From NCBI GenBank assembly GCA_013265495.1, contig MU061579.1, forward strand, positions 1,609,319 to 1,673,318: a stretch of DNA of 64,000 nucleotides, written 5' to 3'. A model generated the notes under the pieces. It saw nothing but the letters and a program-made list of their open reading frames with translations, was not told where the DNA came from and made no database searches. How positions within the stretch are numbered: position 1 is the stretch's first letter; every line of letters starts with the position of its first letter. Position numbers and translations under genes: made by a program. This document shows, in pieces, positions 25,163 to 39,043 of the stretch. The stretch is from Vicugna vicugna. Its lineage: Eukaryota.

Positions 25163-26856
25163 AAGTTCAGTCTGAGTCTCCTATAGCACAGTCCTTCCAG
25201 GTAACATACATTAGAAAACACGAGGAATGGAATTGTCAAAGCACATGTACAGGAATCATCGTTCTACTCATTTTACTGATGTTTCGAAGATGGGACAATA
25301 TCAGGACAATTGTAAAATAGAAAAATCCGAGATTTTCAATATAGCTCTGCTGGTCTTCAAGCACTGGGTCACATTCTGGTTGAGTTTTACATTTCTGTGA
25401 AAATGAAATTGCTAGCAGAAAGGAAACCTTTGTGTTTAGAAAAACATCTCCACCGTTATACCCCACTGGTTCTAGACTCTTATGATATTCTCTAGCTAGA
25501 AATGCCCACATAAATCCACAAATGGAAGATTTATTTTTCAGTAATGCAGTGTAACCAGACCAGGTATATCTCAAAAAAGGAAGTTTATAGATAAGAACCC
25601 CATTTACCAGTAAGTATAATTAATATGTTTGCCATGAGATCTTGTTAAGAACTTTACAAGGGGATTTGAATGTGTCACTTTTTTACCCTCTGGGCATAAA
25701 AAGGAGATGGTGGATTTAGGATCTGCTTTTAACCCATTCTTTCTCATCTCCAAATTCTTGTGAGTTATGAGATGCTTTAGGTTAGAGATTTTTCATATAA
25801 CTTTCATGTAATTACTAGTCTCCCCAGGTTATACTGTTGTTTCTGAAGGCTTCAATATTGAATTGCTCATCTTTACTCTGTTTTCACAAAAATTTTTTTA
25901 AGTGACTAAAGCACTCTAAATGTTGAGCTTGACACCCATTCACTGTTCTGTGGTGCGGCTCCAGTACCACCATTTGAACTCCTTTTGGGCTTCCATATCA
26001 GCCAAACTCTCCTCAGCTCAGAAAACAGTGAGGCCACCAAAGAAAAGCAATAATTGCTTCAAAAGAGAGGAAGGCAGCACTAACTAGATGCGAGATTACA
26101 GTGTGATGCATTAACCTGCATTGCTCAAAAGGGTCCCTTCAACAGGATTTACCGGCTCTCCATGCTAAGGACATATGTTAGCTCTCAGACATGGGAAAAC
26201 ATAAGATGAGTAACTTGCCAACTGTATAGGTATATGTGTGTGTGTGTGTATGTGTGTGTGTATTTTTTTAAGAGACAAGAGCATTATAAATGCTGTTATG
26301 CACTAAACAGAAAGTTGTTAAAAAGAAGCCATTATGGGACCTACGCATATATACATAGATATTAATATAAATTTTTAAAATTTTTTTCTCTAACTTGATG
26401 AGAGACCTGATATGACCATTTTAAAATAAATTACAAAGCTATCATTACAGTACATTTAGATGCTATTTTCCTTATGTTTAGAAACCAATGTAATCGATGT
26501 AAATTAATGAGAACAATTGGTAAGCAAAGCTAAAGAAAAGTATCAATGACTGAATAAACCAATAGCTTGTTTGAAATAAAAGAAAAACACATGATTCCAT
26601 AATAATTTACACATTTCAAGTTGAAGTAAGCAGTGCAAGTAAATAAAAAAATTCACCAAAAAATAATAATTCACCAGAAGAAAAAAATAATTCACCAAAT
26701 AGGCAGACGTCAGGTTTAGGATAAACTAAATATGTCAAGTGCATGCCCTTTGACAGGTTACAACCTAATGAGTGAGACACATTTCAACAAAATAGTTACA
26801 TAATTATTTAGTCCATTGTAATTGTACAAACTATAATTTAAATGGTGTAAAATCAA

Positions 26857-26961
26857 TGTATATATATGTTCATGTATAACTGAAAAATTGTGCTCTACAC
26901 TGGAATTTGACACAGCATTGTAAAATGATTATAACTCAATAAAAAATGTTTTTTAAAAAAA
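26857..26961 (+). mobile_element. About 105-bp L1 3' tip with a perfect 12-bp TSD
   Basis: 'aaaaattgtgctctacactggaatttgacacagcattgtaaaatgattataactcaataaaaaa'. TSD gtgtaaaatcaa at 26845-26856 and 26962-26973. Confidence 0.93.
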
Positions 26962-27379
26962 GTGTAAAATCAAAGCACATACCAGTTAATCTGTATATTA
27001 ACATGTGTTCTCAGACATCAATCCTCTATTATCCCAAGTGATGACAAGTCAGTTGGCAACAACTACTATAGGAGTTGTACCTATGAGTTTTATATATTGA
27101 CTCGAACTTGGGACTGCATAGCCATTGCACAGAGAACGAGTGAATATGGATAGGCCACAAATGTCAGGAGAACCTGCAGCCTAGGGATAGTCATTTCCAT
27201 CAAAAGCAGGTTGGTAGGATATTATTGAATTGACAGATAAATGTAAATGTTAATGGGAAAAGCAAGGTTTCATTTGTTTGTAAAACATGCTGAATTTATT
27301 CAATAAAGAAATAATGAACTTGAGGTTTTGTACAGCTATTGACAAATTGTCACAAAAATAATTCAAACATATACTCTTT

Positions 27380-27580
27380 CCTGAATACTTACTACCTGCT
27401 ATGTGCTGAGTACATATTTACTTCTTAAAATAACATCTCTAGTTAAGAATTTTCTGCATTTTTGCAGATGAGGAAATTGGGGCTTAGAAAAGGTGTTTAA
27501 ATTGAGTGATCTAGTTTCATCATCTATAAAATGAGACATTGCCATGAAGGCTTCTTCAATCCCTAACATGCTACAGTAAA
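27380..27580. mobile_element. MIR fragments in both orientations
   Basis: Minus: 'ttttgcagatgaggaaattggggcttaga'. Plus: 'agtttcatcatctataaaatgag'. Confidence 0.65.
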
Positions 27581-29804
27581 AAAAAATTATAGAGTAAAAC
27601 TATGAGTTATGAATTGTGAAAGGGATAGAGTTTCTTACCTTAAAACTCTGGATTAAAACCTAAAAAATTTATCACCCATCAGGGAAACAGCCAAAAAAAC
27701 ATTAAAAAAAATTCAAACGTAAGAGTTCATTTGGCAATTTCTCCATGAGGTGCTCAATCATTTTTTTCCCAGAACTGAGGCTAAGGTCAAAAAACTTAGT
27801 TTCTGAGAAGATTCTTGAAAAAAATATAATACAGTGTGGTAAGTACAATGATGGAGTTACAGAAGTGGTGAAAGGCATCCCAGAAGAGTAGAACTTGTAC
27901 TGTTCAGATGAGGAAAGTAGCAAGGAGTTCACTAAAGAAGGGGTTAACAACCCATCCGGACAAGAAGAATGAATCAGAAGGAAGAAATCCATGAACAAAA
28001 TCAAGATCCATCACTTTTGTATTTTCACTGCTATCACCCTGAGTTTCTTTACAATATTTAAACATTTTTATTGAAGGAAATTCAGGAAGTTACAACACTC
28101 CAGCATGCTTTACTTTATCTGACTGAAATTCTCTGAAAGCCATGGGCCCCACCATGATATTAATGAAGGGATAAAAGACATATAAGGGATATTATTGGGG
28201 ATTTCTGAAAAATTACATTTTCAGTCATTTGGTTCCTTAACAAAGGACTATAGGATAAGATTCAAAATTAGTAACTAAAATCAGTCTTTACTTTTATGCT
28301 TCTTTATTTGCATGCCAATTATTTCCTTCAGGGAAAATAAAAAAATTTAGATTTTATTCTTTTGATAATATCTGAATTTATAAGGCCAGAATTGCAAGTT
28401 TGATATCTTGATAAGTCTTATCATACCAAAATTCCTTGTGGGGGGAAAAAACCAAAACTTTAGTTCCTTGCCCATCCATTCAAAAAGTATTAAGTCACAG
28501 AAAAATGATGTCTGAAAGGTTTCTTTTTATGTGTACAACATATACATTTTTAATTTCTACTCTGAAATAGTAAAATGCACTGGCTTACACATCCTTTGTG
28601 TATAGATAGTTAACATTTCTATTGACACCTGTGAGTGGAAGCATCAGTTCAATTACATTAACTCTATGAAGAATGAACTAAAAATCACAGTGACAAACTA
28701 ATATCTAAATTATATGGTAACAGAGCCCATCGAAAGGAAAATGTATGAATTTCACTGCCCCAAGTGAATGCAGTCCTGTTTATTATTTTACATACCAACT
28801 GCCAGCAGCCTGTGATGTGGAACAGTTTAGATTATTGCTGACATTTGGAAAAATAAATGAATTTGAATGAACGTGAACAAGTTTAGCAACATGGCAACTT
28901 GAAATTGCTGAGCAGAAATCGTTTATTTGTTGATAAAGTATTACGAACATTGTAGACGTTTTTGTTAGCTCGTGACTCTTAGTTTAGATTTATCTCTGGA
29001 TAATTAGCATGGTTTGTATGACTTTGATATCAAACTGCTGAGTACAACATATTCACATTCATAATGTGACTTAAATATAGGAAAAGTGTCTGTTGGTATG
29101 CATGAAACCTCCAACTGGGTAAAGCTGAGTGAAACTGATATTTCTCACTGGTTACTCTGTATTCTGTATCTTGATTCATTATTTAAAAATAAAAGTATAA
29201 TTTTCACTAGAGAAAATATTAAGAAACACTTTTGAGAAAGATACTAATTAAGGTTGGGAATACAATCATTTTTCACTACATGCATAACAACCTAAATGCA
29301 ACTGTTTAATATAAGAAGCAATAAACATAATTGTATATGTTTGCATCTTTGGTGTTTGGGAAATGCATTTGAAAGAAATATTCCTATTGTCTAAGAGTAT
29401 CAGGTTTGTAAGGACATCGAGTCTTCCAAATATTAGATAAACAGTGTATAGCTTGATTCTTATTGTTAGATATTTTAAGTATTTGCCTTAAGAGTATTCC
29501 AATAAATATTCCATTAGACATCAGGAAATTGTCTAGATGAATAAGTTAAGGTCATTGAAAACTGAAAAGCAAAGTGATGGTGAGGTTATAGCATAGGTGG
29601 TCAACAGGGGAGAGAGTCGTGTGATAGGTGATTAAGTAGACACTAGAAAAACCCAAATCCCTGTTCTTTCCCTCTAGAAAAGATTCTACTATTTATTTGT
29701 GCCACTTTCCATAATGAAAATCAATATGTTAAATCTTTGACATCACAGAAGTTGTCTGTAAGTCATACAGTTATTAAAATGCTGTCAACCATCAAGCAAA
29801 TGTT

Positions 29805-29998
29805 AAAGAGGACCTTGAGCCTTAGATGAAAACTCAACCTGGACAACACCCTAATTACAGTTCTAAGATAATCTAAGCAGAGTACTCAGTTAAATTGCTC
29901 CCCACTTGTGATCAAAAGTGTTTTGAGATGATAAACATCTGTTGCTTTAAGCTGCAAATTTGTGGTCATTTGTTACATAGCAATACAAAGTGAATACA
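29805..29998 (+). mobile_element. MaLR LTR 3' part (MLT1D/E-like)
   Basis: 'gagatgataaacatctgttgctttaagctgcaaatttgtggtcatttgttacatagcaatacaaagtgaataca'. Confidence 0.8.
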
Positions 29999-29999
29999 G

Positions 30000-30275
30000 C
30001 TTGATTCAGGTTTGAGGCTATTGTGAATAAAGGTATAACTAATATTCTTGGTGTATAACATTCTTGGTATTTGGTGGACACATGAGCCATTTCTGTTGGG
30101 TCAGGGGGACTGACAATATTTACCTTTAGTAGTTATGGTTAAACATTTTTCCAAAGTAATTGTAGCAACTGATACTCCCACAAACAATGAGAGATTTTTC
30201 TCAAGCTTGCCAACACATGCTATTGGTAGTCCTTTTAAATTGAGCCATTCTAGTGTATATTATCTTGGTCATAAT
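30000..30275 (-). mobile_element. Ancient L1M fragment
   Basis: 'tttgaggctattgtgaataaagg...ttttccaaagtaattgtagcaactgatactcccacaaacaatg...agccattctagtg'. Confidence 0.7.
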
Positions 30276-30849
30276 TTATATTATAATAATATTATAGAAT
30301 TATATAGATAACCCACGGCATATACATAAAAACCATTTGGTTGATATTTACAAACTAGAATGCAAAATGTTTGCATGCTACAAAACTGTTTCCAGAATTT
30401 TTTTTAGATTATTTTATGGTTATGCTATAGTGAAAATGATGGACAAAGCAAAAACTCAGGTCCATATAAAATTTTTAAAGAAAAAAATGTAAAAAAAAAG
30501 ATGACTAATAACTTAAATATTGAAGTGATAAAGTTTATAAAACAGCTCACAACAGCATCACAAAAGTTTTGTAATACACTAAAGAGCCTTTAGGATACTA
30601 CTTTAATCATGTGCATTGAAATTAAGTTGTCACTATACGTAAGTGACTATAACAAAGCCTTATTAAAACATTATGCAAACTGGCATAATACTAAACCCTG
30701 TAGTTGTAACTTGCACAATATGTATTATTGCCTATGTTATTTTACTGTTATAGGCTTTGGAGATATCAAGACAAAAAGAAATTAAAAATCTTTTTGCAAT
30801 AAGCAAGTTTTCTCTTTCTGAAAATGTAGCTTAGCAACTGACCATAACC

Positions 30850-31220
30850 TATTAAAAGAAAGATAGCAACAAATACAAAAATGACAAAGTATTTTGACAT
30901 AAAATATACAGAGGGGAAATGTGAATATCCAATAAATATTTTAATAGATGATGAATATCAGTAGTAATTAAGGAGGGATTAAGCTGTACTGTGACTTTAG
31001 ATCTATTAGATCAGTGTCATTTATTTATTTACTTACTTGTGTTTTTTTTTTTGCTGGATAATTTACATAAAAAGATATATGTTTAGTGTCTACTACCCCC
31101 AAACAATTTCACTTTCACTCATTTAGCCTGGGGAAATACACCTTCATTCAAAAAAGTATGTATAAGCATTGCACTCACCCCTTTTATTAATAAAAAAGCA
31201 ATTGGAAAAACCACATTACT
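30850..31220 (+). mobile_element. Ancient L1M fragment
   Basis: Decayed ORF2-end motifs 'ccaataaatattttaatagatg...tcagtagtaattaagga' and 'aacaatttcact...attggaaaaacc'. Confidence 0.45.
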
Positions 31221-31699
31221 GACTTAAGGAGGAAGAATGTGCTCTGATACAAGAGAAGCAGACGTGGATATTTCACACAGGCCCCCATGCTTGGTAATAT
31301 GGTACTCAACTCTCACAACTAGTGAGCCCCAGGTTCTCTGCTTGGGATGGTCAGGGAACTCTTAAGTGAGCTGGTGCAATTACTCTGAAAGGCCTAAATT
31401 CTCTTAGACTCTCTGATGAGAGTTTACAAAGATGCCAAGTGGGATGTGCTACTAGCCATCAACAATCGGAGAAGCAGAGACAAAGAACAATCAGGTCAGC
31501 ATACCAGCAGACTGTCATGAGAATGGTAAGTTATTTATTATCATAGGTAATATTTATTGTAACCCATATACACCTAGTACATGCTAGACTCTGCTCTAAT
31601 CAGTGTGTGTGTGTGTGTTTGTTCAGTTTGCTGAAACACAATTATTTACTAAAACAAATTAAAAGTTTGCATCACCATCATTGTGCTTGGATAGAATAA

Positions 31700-32050
31700 T
31701 TGGCACTAAAAATTATGCTCCCACCATGTCTGGCTTTATAAATTTTCAGTCACTCCCAGAGAGGCCAGGTGCTCTCCCATACCCCTTGGCTTTGAGGTTG
31801 GCCATCTAACTAATTTTGGACAAAGGGGCATTAGCAGAGATGATATAAGCAGAGTCTTTAAGGAGTTTGTTTTGTTTTGTTTTGTTTTTTAACATTGGAC
31901 TTGCCCCATTATGATTCTGCATTGCATTCTTCAGCAGATGCCCTTTCATCTTGGGACCCAGAATGAACATAGGAGGAACAAAGCCGCTCTAGCTGATCCA
32001 TCGACATGTGAGAAATCCATGCTTAATTCTGAACACCATGGAGTTACTGT
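31700..32050 (+). mobile_element. MaLR LTR (MLT1I/J-like)
   Basis: 'ccttggctttgaggttggccatctaactaattttggacaa...ttagcagagatgatataagcagag...ttgggacccagaatgaaca'. Confidence 0.75.
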
Positions 32051-32912
32051 GGCATTATCCTCTATCACATACCAATTGTTTATTAATATGGTTGTAAGCC
32101 AGACAATCCAGAATATACTTAAATTAATTGTTGTAGTTATCATCGAAATGAAAATCTTGAATTGAAAAAATATTAGCATGTAGTGATGCCCTCAAGGAGA
32201 AGTTCAGAGATTCCTGATAGCGGCGGGGGGCAGCAGGGTGAGCATTCCTGACTTTAAGTATATCGGAGCAAATGTCTAGACTAGGAATCTCTTACCCCAT
32301 GCCATTCTGCCCAACCTCCACTTGTGGGACCACTGGCACTGAATATAAATGGGACCATAAATAGGAGCTCGGCAGGCTCTTTTAGAAACTCGCTGAAACT
32401 TTCTCATGCCTCTGAAAACAGATAATCTTAAGTTACTAATTTGGAATCTGATCTATTGTATAAAAACTCGTATCAAAGATTTATAAATGCCCCAGAAAAG
32501 AATTTGGCTTAAAAAAAGAAAAGACTTGGTAGAGACAACAAGAAGGAATATTATCTGTAAGCTTATTGTGTGATTACTTGAAACTTGTTTTAGACCAAGC
32601 CTGCTCCTGTGTTATTATCACATCCCTACTTACAGAAAGAGTGAACATCCTACAAGTAAATACGGTATTTTAACTGAGACTCTGTCATCACAAGCTTATG
32701 AAAAGCGAAAGCCCAAGGGAATCAGCAATCTTCTAGGGAGGAAAACAGTTCCACTCTGTTCAAAGTTTATTCGCAGTTGAAATTAACACACGGCTTCTTT
32801 CTTTCCACATACATCGTAAGTTCCTTTGGAGTTGTGACTGGATCTGACACTGGGAATTCCGTTAATTAGGTGTATCATTTTTGTTCAGCCTCTACATTTT
32901 CTGGGTATCAAA

Positions 32913-33115
32913 AGGCAGTGTGTATACTGGTTAGAAGTAAAGGATCTGGAGCTAGACGGATCAGAGTATGAGTCCTAGCTCTACCACCTCCCAGTTGCCT
33001 GACCTGGAATTCCATTTAAAAAGGACAGAACAGTAATGACTTCAAAACTGATTAAACAAGCAAAGTGTCTTACACAGTGGTTGACCTATGGATTTCACTC
33101 AGCAAATGCTAGCCA
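32913..33115 (+). mobile_element. MIR SINE
   Basis: 'ggcagtgtgtatactggttagaag...tctggagctagac...gagtcctagctctaccac'. Confidence 0.75.
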
Positions 33116-33427
33116 TAAGGGGCTGGAAAATGTGAGAGTAAAGATCTCTTCTACCTTTGTAGGTTTCCCTGTGTGAAACATACTCTTATTTACCGGGAAA
33201 CGTTGATGTTAACACACGTATAACTAAATTGTGCCCTTTCTTTCTCAGCTCATGAAAATCTTTCTCTTTCTCATGAAATATCAAAAATATTATGACTAAC
33301 CACATATGCTTATTGCCAGTTTTTCACCTCTAAATTAGTATTTTGTATATCTAAACTGTACAATTTAGCAAAAATTCCCTGTCTTTGTTTTTCTGTTTTT
33401 CTTTAAACAAAGACAGCTGTACAAAGG

Positions 33428-33538
33428 TATATTTTATATACTATAATATTCATCACTGTAAGTGTATATAGTCTGATAATTCTTAGAAATTGTGCAATTA
33501 TTCAGCCACGATAATCCAGCATTGTAATACTTCCATAC
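33428..33538 (-). mobile_element. L1MB-like 3' tip
   Basis: 'tatactataatattcatcactgtaagtgtatatagtc...ttgtgcaatta'. Confidence 0.5.
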
Positions 33539-35873
33539 AGCAAGATGGCAAAACATAATATTTCATACATATTTAAGTTCTAGTTTAGAGAACGTGCATT
33601 TTGGGAGAATCTGTGAAAATTACATCCATGGAAAGAGTTTGGACAACCTCTTGGGCAGAGGAGGTAGCTATGTTCAGGGAGATGCCAGAGGTGAAAAATG
33701 TCCTGAAAGGCACACTGTCTCTAAACCACTGAAATGTGGTTGAGACCAAAACTAATTTTTGTTTTTTTAGGATTTGATCTTTGCCTAGGCTTATGCTGGG
33801 ACAGAATCCAGAGAAACTTGAGATGTAGACACAAGGATATATTTTGAGATACTATCCAACCACTTCTAGAAAAAGACGAATCTATTATGGCTGGAATAAG
33901 GATAGGAAAAAGTAGACATAAAAGAGTAACAGGGATTCCAGCTGGGGCAAAGTGAATTTAAAAATCCTCTTAAGCTTGTTAATGAAAATCAGCAAAACAC
34001 AGAGACTGAGAAACCTGGTGCCCTGCTCTCTTCTCTGTAAGAAAAAATTTACAACTGGAGTTTCTGAAAGTCTACTTTTCATGTCACAAGATATGCCTCT
34101 CTCTGGGTCATGAGCTATTGAAATGAATTGAATATGTACTTGTGTTCAGATGTAGCAACTGATTTACATTTTATATGGGATTGATAATATTGAAGAAGAA
34201 ACAAAGAATTTAGTGAGCTACCCCAAAGTCCCACAGCAAAGAAAGAGTTGTAGCAGTCCAAACAAATGTAATTTGATGGGAAATGGCATCTGACTTCACT
34301 TTGGGTAAGAAAGATATTAAAAATGGAAGGGAAAAGCCCATTTGTAATGCCTTTTTCTTAGAACCAGCACTTCACAGAGAAAGAATGGGGAAAATACAAT
34401 GTTAAGCATCTCAAAGAAAACTCTGCATATAAATATCTCCCACATACTGAGTTAATTTCACCACTTGGAAATGTCCGTGTCATGAAGGGAAATATTCCTT
34501 TAAAATTTAAAGTGGCAGTACCAACCATCAGTTATTCGTTACTGAATTTCCTCCTCTAACAGTTAGCTAAGGTCAGCTATGAGAGGTATATGGGATAGTC
34601 TAGTAAACAATTCTCAGTTGATTTATGTACAACTTCCACAATGCAGCCAAGACATTTATCTGAAGATTTCTTGCCATATATATTTTAAAATCTTAAAACC
34701 TGACTCTATATTTTTGTTGCCTTGACTACTAAAAGACAACAGTAACCCCCAGCTGCCTATGTATAAAGAAGTATAGACGCCAACGGGGTACAGTCCATGC
34801 TTAACATTAATAGGCAAACTGTTCAAATTAGTCTGCCAGCTGAGCAACTATGTTTTTGGACATCTTTCTCATTTATGATTCAGGTAATTACTGCATTTTA
34901 TTATTTGTTAAATTATATATGGAGTATCACTAAAATATTCCCAAACTTCAAGACTACTGAAGTCTTATGCATGTTCTGATTTGAGGTGACAGCCCAAGTG
35001 CAACACCTTCCATTGGATGGTACCTGGCTGACTTCCCCTTGCAAAGCTTTGAACGCAAACACAGAGAGAGAATAAGAAAAGCATAAAAGTAGAGGCTACA
35101 TAATAGGATAATAGCTAATAGGAAGCAGACTGGGAACGAAATGTGCTGAATAACCAGAATGATGGTATTACTAGGTTAATGAATGATTTGGGAGAGATGC
35201 TTAGCATAGTTTGACCTGAGAGAACAACAAAATGAAGTTACCATTGCATCCTAAATAGCAATAAATGGAACTTCATCTTTCTACCGTATTTAATTGTGGA
35301 AATGCTAAGGGTTTTTGTTTTTGTTTTTTTTGAAATAGTCTTCCCTGTACTTATATTTTAAACCTCTTTCATTGAATAAACTTTCATCACTGGGATAAAC
35401 TGAATATATTTTCTTGCATTTTGGTAGATTCTAATATATAGGAAAATCAAGTTTATATTGCAGAAGTAATAAGCAGAAGTAGAGGAAGAAATTAGAGGAG
35501 GGAAAATAGAAATGGTCTCAAGTGTGGTAAGGGGAGATATCTGTGTTATTGGTTAATGGTCAGGCAGCCAGAGGCTTAATGAAGGCACTGAATGCAGAGG
35601 TAAGACAGAGCAGAAAAAGAAAGTTGAAGATTTAAAAGACATGTGGAGTGTACTTCACAGGTTATTAAAGACTGTTGGTGGCAACATCTTGAATGTTGCT
35701 CATATACGTATTCTATATTGAAAGCATCCATTATGTCCAGAAAACCAAAGAATGTGACATGTTTTACATTATATAATCTTTTCCTTCCTGCTTTTGCTTT
35801 GGTTATGGTTAAATTTCCATTTGTTTTTATTTCAAAGATATATGAGGTGATATTAATCTTTATTGTGGAAACA

Positions 35874-36170
35874 TTTTTATTATGGAAAATTTCAAAAACA
35901 TATAAAAATAGAGACAATAATACAACAGAACTTCATGGATCCTTTACACAACTTTAACCATTTTAACTCTGGGCCAGTCTTGTTTGTCTACACTCCCTTC
36001 TTCCTATTCCTCCAGGATTCGTTTGAGGTAGATCTAAGAAAGTTCGTGTTTCATTCACAACTATTTAATATTTATCTGTAAAAGATGATTCTTTCTTAAA
36101 CATAACCATTAATTATTAAGTATAAAAAATAGCAACGAGTCTTTAGCATCATTCAATACCCAGTAAGTGC
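35874..36170 (-). mobile_element. L1MC4/5-like 3' end
   Basis: 'tttttattatggaaaatttcaaaaacatataaaaatagagacaata...ggccagtcttgttt...aaacataaccat'. Confidence 0.75.
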
Positions 36171-38106
36171 ATTATTTATGCGGACTCTTTAATTCGTAAA
36201 GCTATCCCTATATAACTTTAGGGCTCCAGAAAAAATACTGCAGATGCTTCATAGAAACATATTTACTATATTATTGTTGAGGTTAAATTCAATTGCCCAT
36301 GAAAGTTTCTAAGATTATCTGATCAGTTCTTCATTCAAAAAGAAAAATCCAACATCAAAATTGTTTAAGAAGTTATTTTGCTGTATCATCCAAGTTCCAC
36401 GAGACTCTACAAATGTTAATACGATCTGGCATATTTGCAAACTTATTTTAAGCATTGAGCAATGGTTTTTATGCTTATTGTGCACTACTCATTGCAAGCG
36501 TCCTTCCAGTCTACCTGTGTTTTGCCAAACACTCCATTTGACCAACGAGCCAAAGTGTACTGTAAGTGATGAACTGCAAGTGTATCCAATATATTTCTGG
36601 TAAAATCTGAGTCAGCATAAAGAGTCTACTAGAGGGCAAGAATTAGCATGACATCATGCTGAGTACAGTCTCTTCCAAGTTAAAGATCTGAATAGCAAAA
36701 TTGAATCCATGGAACTATATTGATTTCCTAGAATAAAAAAATCCAGGCAACCTCATTTCAGTCTTTGGTTATAGGTAATACAAACATCCTTTGATTGACA
36801 TAATGCAGAGTATTTTGAATTGCTGTGAATTGTAATTTTTAAGTCTTTCTGCATAGAACTCTGCTCTAATGGGGAAAGTGTGTATGTATGTGCATATATA
36901 TTCATGTGAATGTGTGGACATATGTATATATATATTTAATTCTTATTAATTAAATAAATGAAATGCAACAAAATGTCAAATATCATTTTGCTACATAATT
37001 TTAGCAAGGCTCTGCAACAGCTAACACATGTTATCTTGTTCTTAAATAATATGTTCTGCCCACAGTGAATTATGAATAGTTTAATCTTGCTAATTGTTTT
37101 TTTCAAAAACTCCAGTTCTGATTTTTAATTCATGTGCTAGATATTTTTCCTTTTGTATTTCTATTAATATTCTCCTACTGGCTACTTACTAATTCTTTGG
37201 GTAACCTTTAATCTTATCAACTTATTATATTCTAGAAAAGTAACATCCAAAGTCATTTTGGGCTAACTGTAAAAAACTGCTTTATGATCATGATTAAAGG
37301 TAGAAAGTTCAAATTCTTTAATTTTTGAACAGAATCAGTTCTGTTTTCAAAACATAAAAATCCTACTTCTTTATTTAAATTAAAGAAAATCTGTGTCTAT
37401 TAAAATGGTTTTCTCTAAATTCTATAAAAGAAGATTTAATTATCATTTATGATAAAATGACTGTTCTTAGAAATGAATTTATTGGCATTTACAAAAATCA
37501 GAAGTCACTTTTGTCATGTCATATATATACTTGCTAGCTCTGGAAGATTAAAAATACATTTCCATGAAAATTTTACAGGAAAAAAAAAACTAGCCATGTT
37601 TAAAATTAAAGCTTTTTAGGCAATTAGATTTTTAGCCAAATAGCATAAATGAGCAGGTTGGCAATTCTAAAATTAATGCCAAAAAGATGAGACATTATTT
37701 GAGAAATGAAATTGTTTTCACTTTAGAAAATATATTTTAATAATCTGCCAACATCAAGAATACATGTCATCTGTATAGCAGGAAAAAAAAGCACATTGCT
37801 CAGTACTTTACCATGTCTTTCAAGTTCTTTTGCTTTTCATTTCATTTCATTCTTCTGGTGCTGGCTATTACTTCAAAAACTTACACCAGCTGGCAAAGGC
37901 AACATATCATTATTGAAATATGAGTGCACCAAAGATTCTCATACCAATTTTTTGTTATGCATAGTATATACACATATCAGTCATATAAATGGAGTCCTGT
38001 AATGAAATTCACAAGGAAAACAAATCGAACTTTTAAAATTTAGTTGTTCTTATAACACAATAAAAGTAAAGAGTTTCTCTCTCTGTGTTCTAAGTCATCT
38101 TATAAT

Positions 38107-39043
38107 TAGGGTGGTCTTGTAATTTATCATCCAAACAGAAACATTTTAAGAGTAAAAGGGACATTATTATTTTTGTTTTCTTTTTTAAATTTTAATTTTA
38201 TTTTTTTATTTAATTTTTTTATTGATTTACAATGTTAGTTTCAAGTGTACAGCAAAGAGAGTCAGTTATACACACTCACATATATATACATATATATATA
38301 CATATATACACATATATTTTCAGATTGTTTTTCATTATAGCTAATTACAAGAAACTGAATATAGTCACCTATACCATACAATAGATCCTAATTGTTTATC
38401 TATTTTATATATAGTAGTATATATCTGTTAATCCCAAACTTGTAATTTATCCCTCCACCTCCCTTTCCCTTTGGTAACCATAGTTTGTTTTCTATGTCCA
38501 TGAATCTATTTCAGGTTTTCAAATAAAATTTGTATCATTTTTTAGATTCCATATATAAGTGATATAATATGATATTTGTCTTTCTCTGTCTACCTTATTT
38601 CACTTAATGTGATAATCTCTAGGTCCATCCAAGTTGCTGAAAATGGCATTATTTCATTCTTTTTTATGGCTGGGTAGTATTCCACTGTGTTTTTATATAT
38701 ATATATATATATCTTGTTTTCTTTTTTCTGTAATTTGTCAGTGGACATTTAGGTCAAGGTCATTTCCATGTCTTGGCTATTGTAAATAGTGCTGCTACGA
38801 ACATTGAGGTGCACATGTCTTTTCAAATTATATTTTTTCTGGGTACATGCCCAGGAGTGGGATTGCAGGATTATATAGTACCCCTATTTCTAGTTTTTTT
38901 AAGGAACCTCCATACTGTCCTCCATGGCTGCACCAATCTACAGGGTTCTGAAAGGAGACATTATTAAACATGATCTAGGAAGAGGAGATATAAGCTAGGA
39001 CTATTACAATGCAAAACAGGGCCTATGATTATTGTCTTACCTA
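38107..39043 (+). mobile_element. MER94-like hAT MITE split by L1 (halves 38107-38169 and ~38951-39043)
   Basis: Left half 'tagggtggtcttgtaatttatcatccaaacagaaacattttaagagtaaaaggg'; decayed right half 'tataagctaggactatt...caaaacaggg'. Confidence 0.65.
38170..38945 (-). mobile_element. 5'-truncated L1 (ORF2 end plus 3'UTR)
   Basis: T-rich tail and 'tctaggtccatccaagttgctgaaaatggcattatttcattc...gcccaggagtgggattgc...aaggaacctccatactgt'. TSD core gacattatta at 38160-38169 and 38957-38966. Confidence 0.93.
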
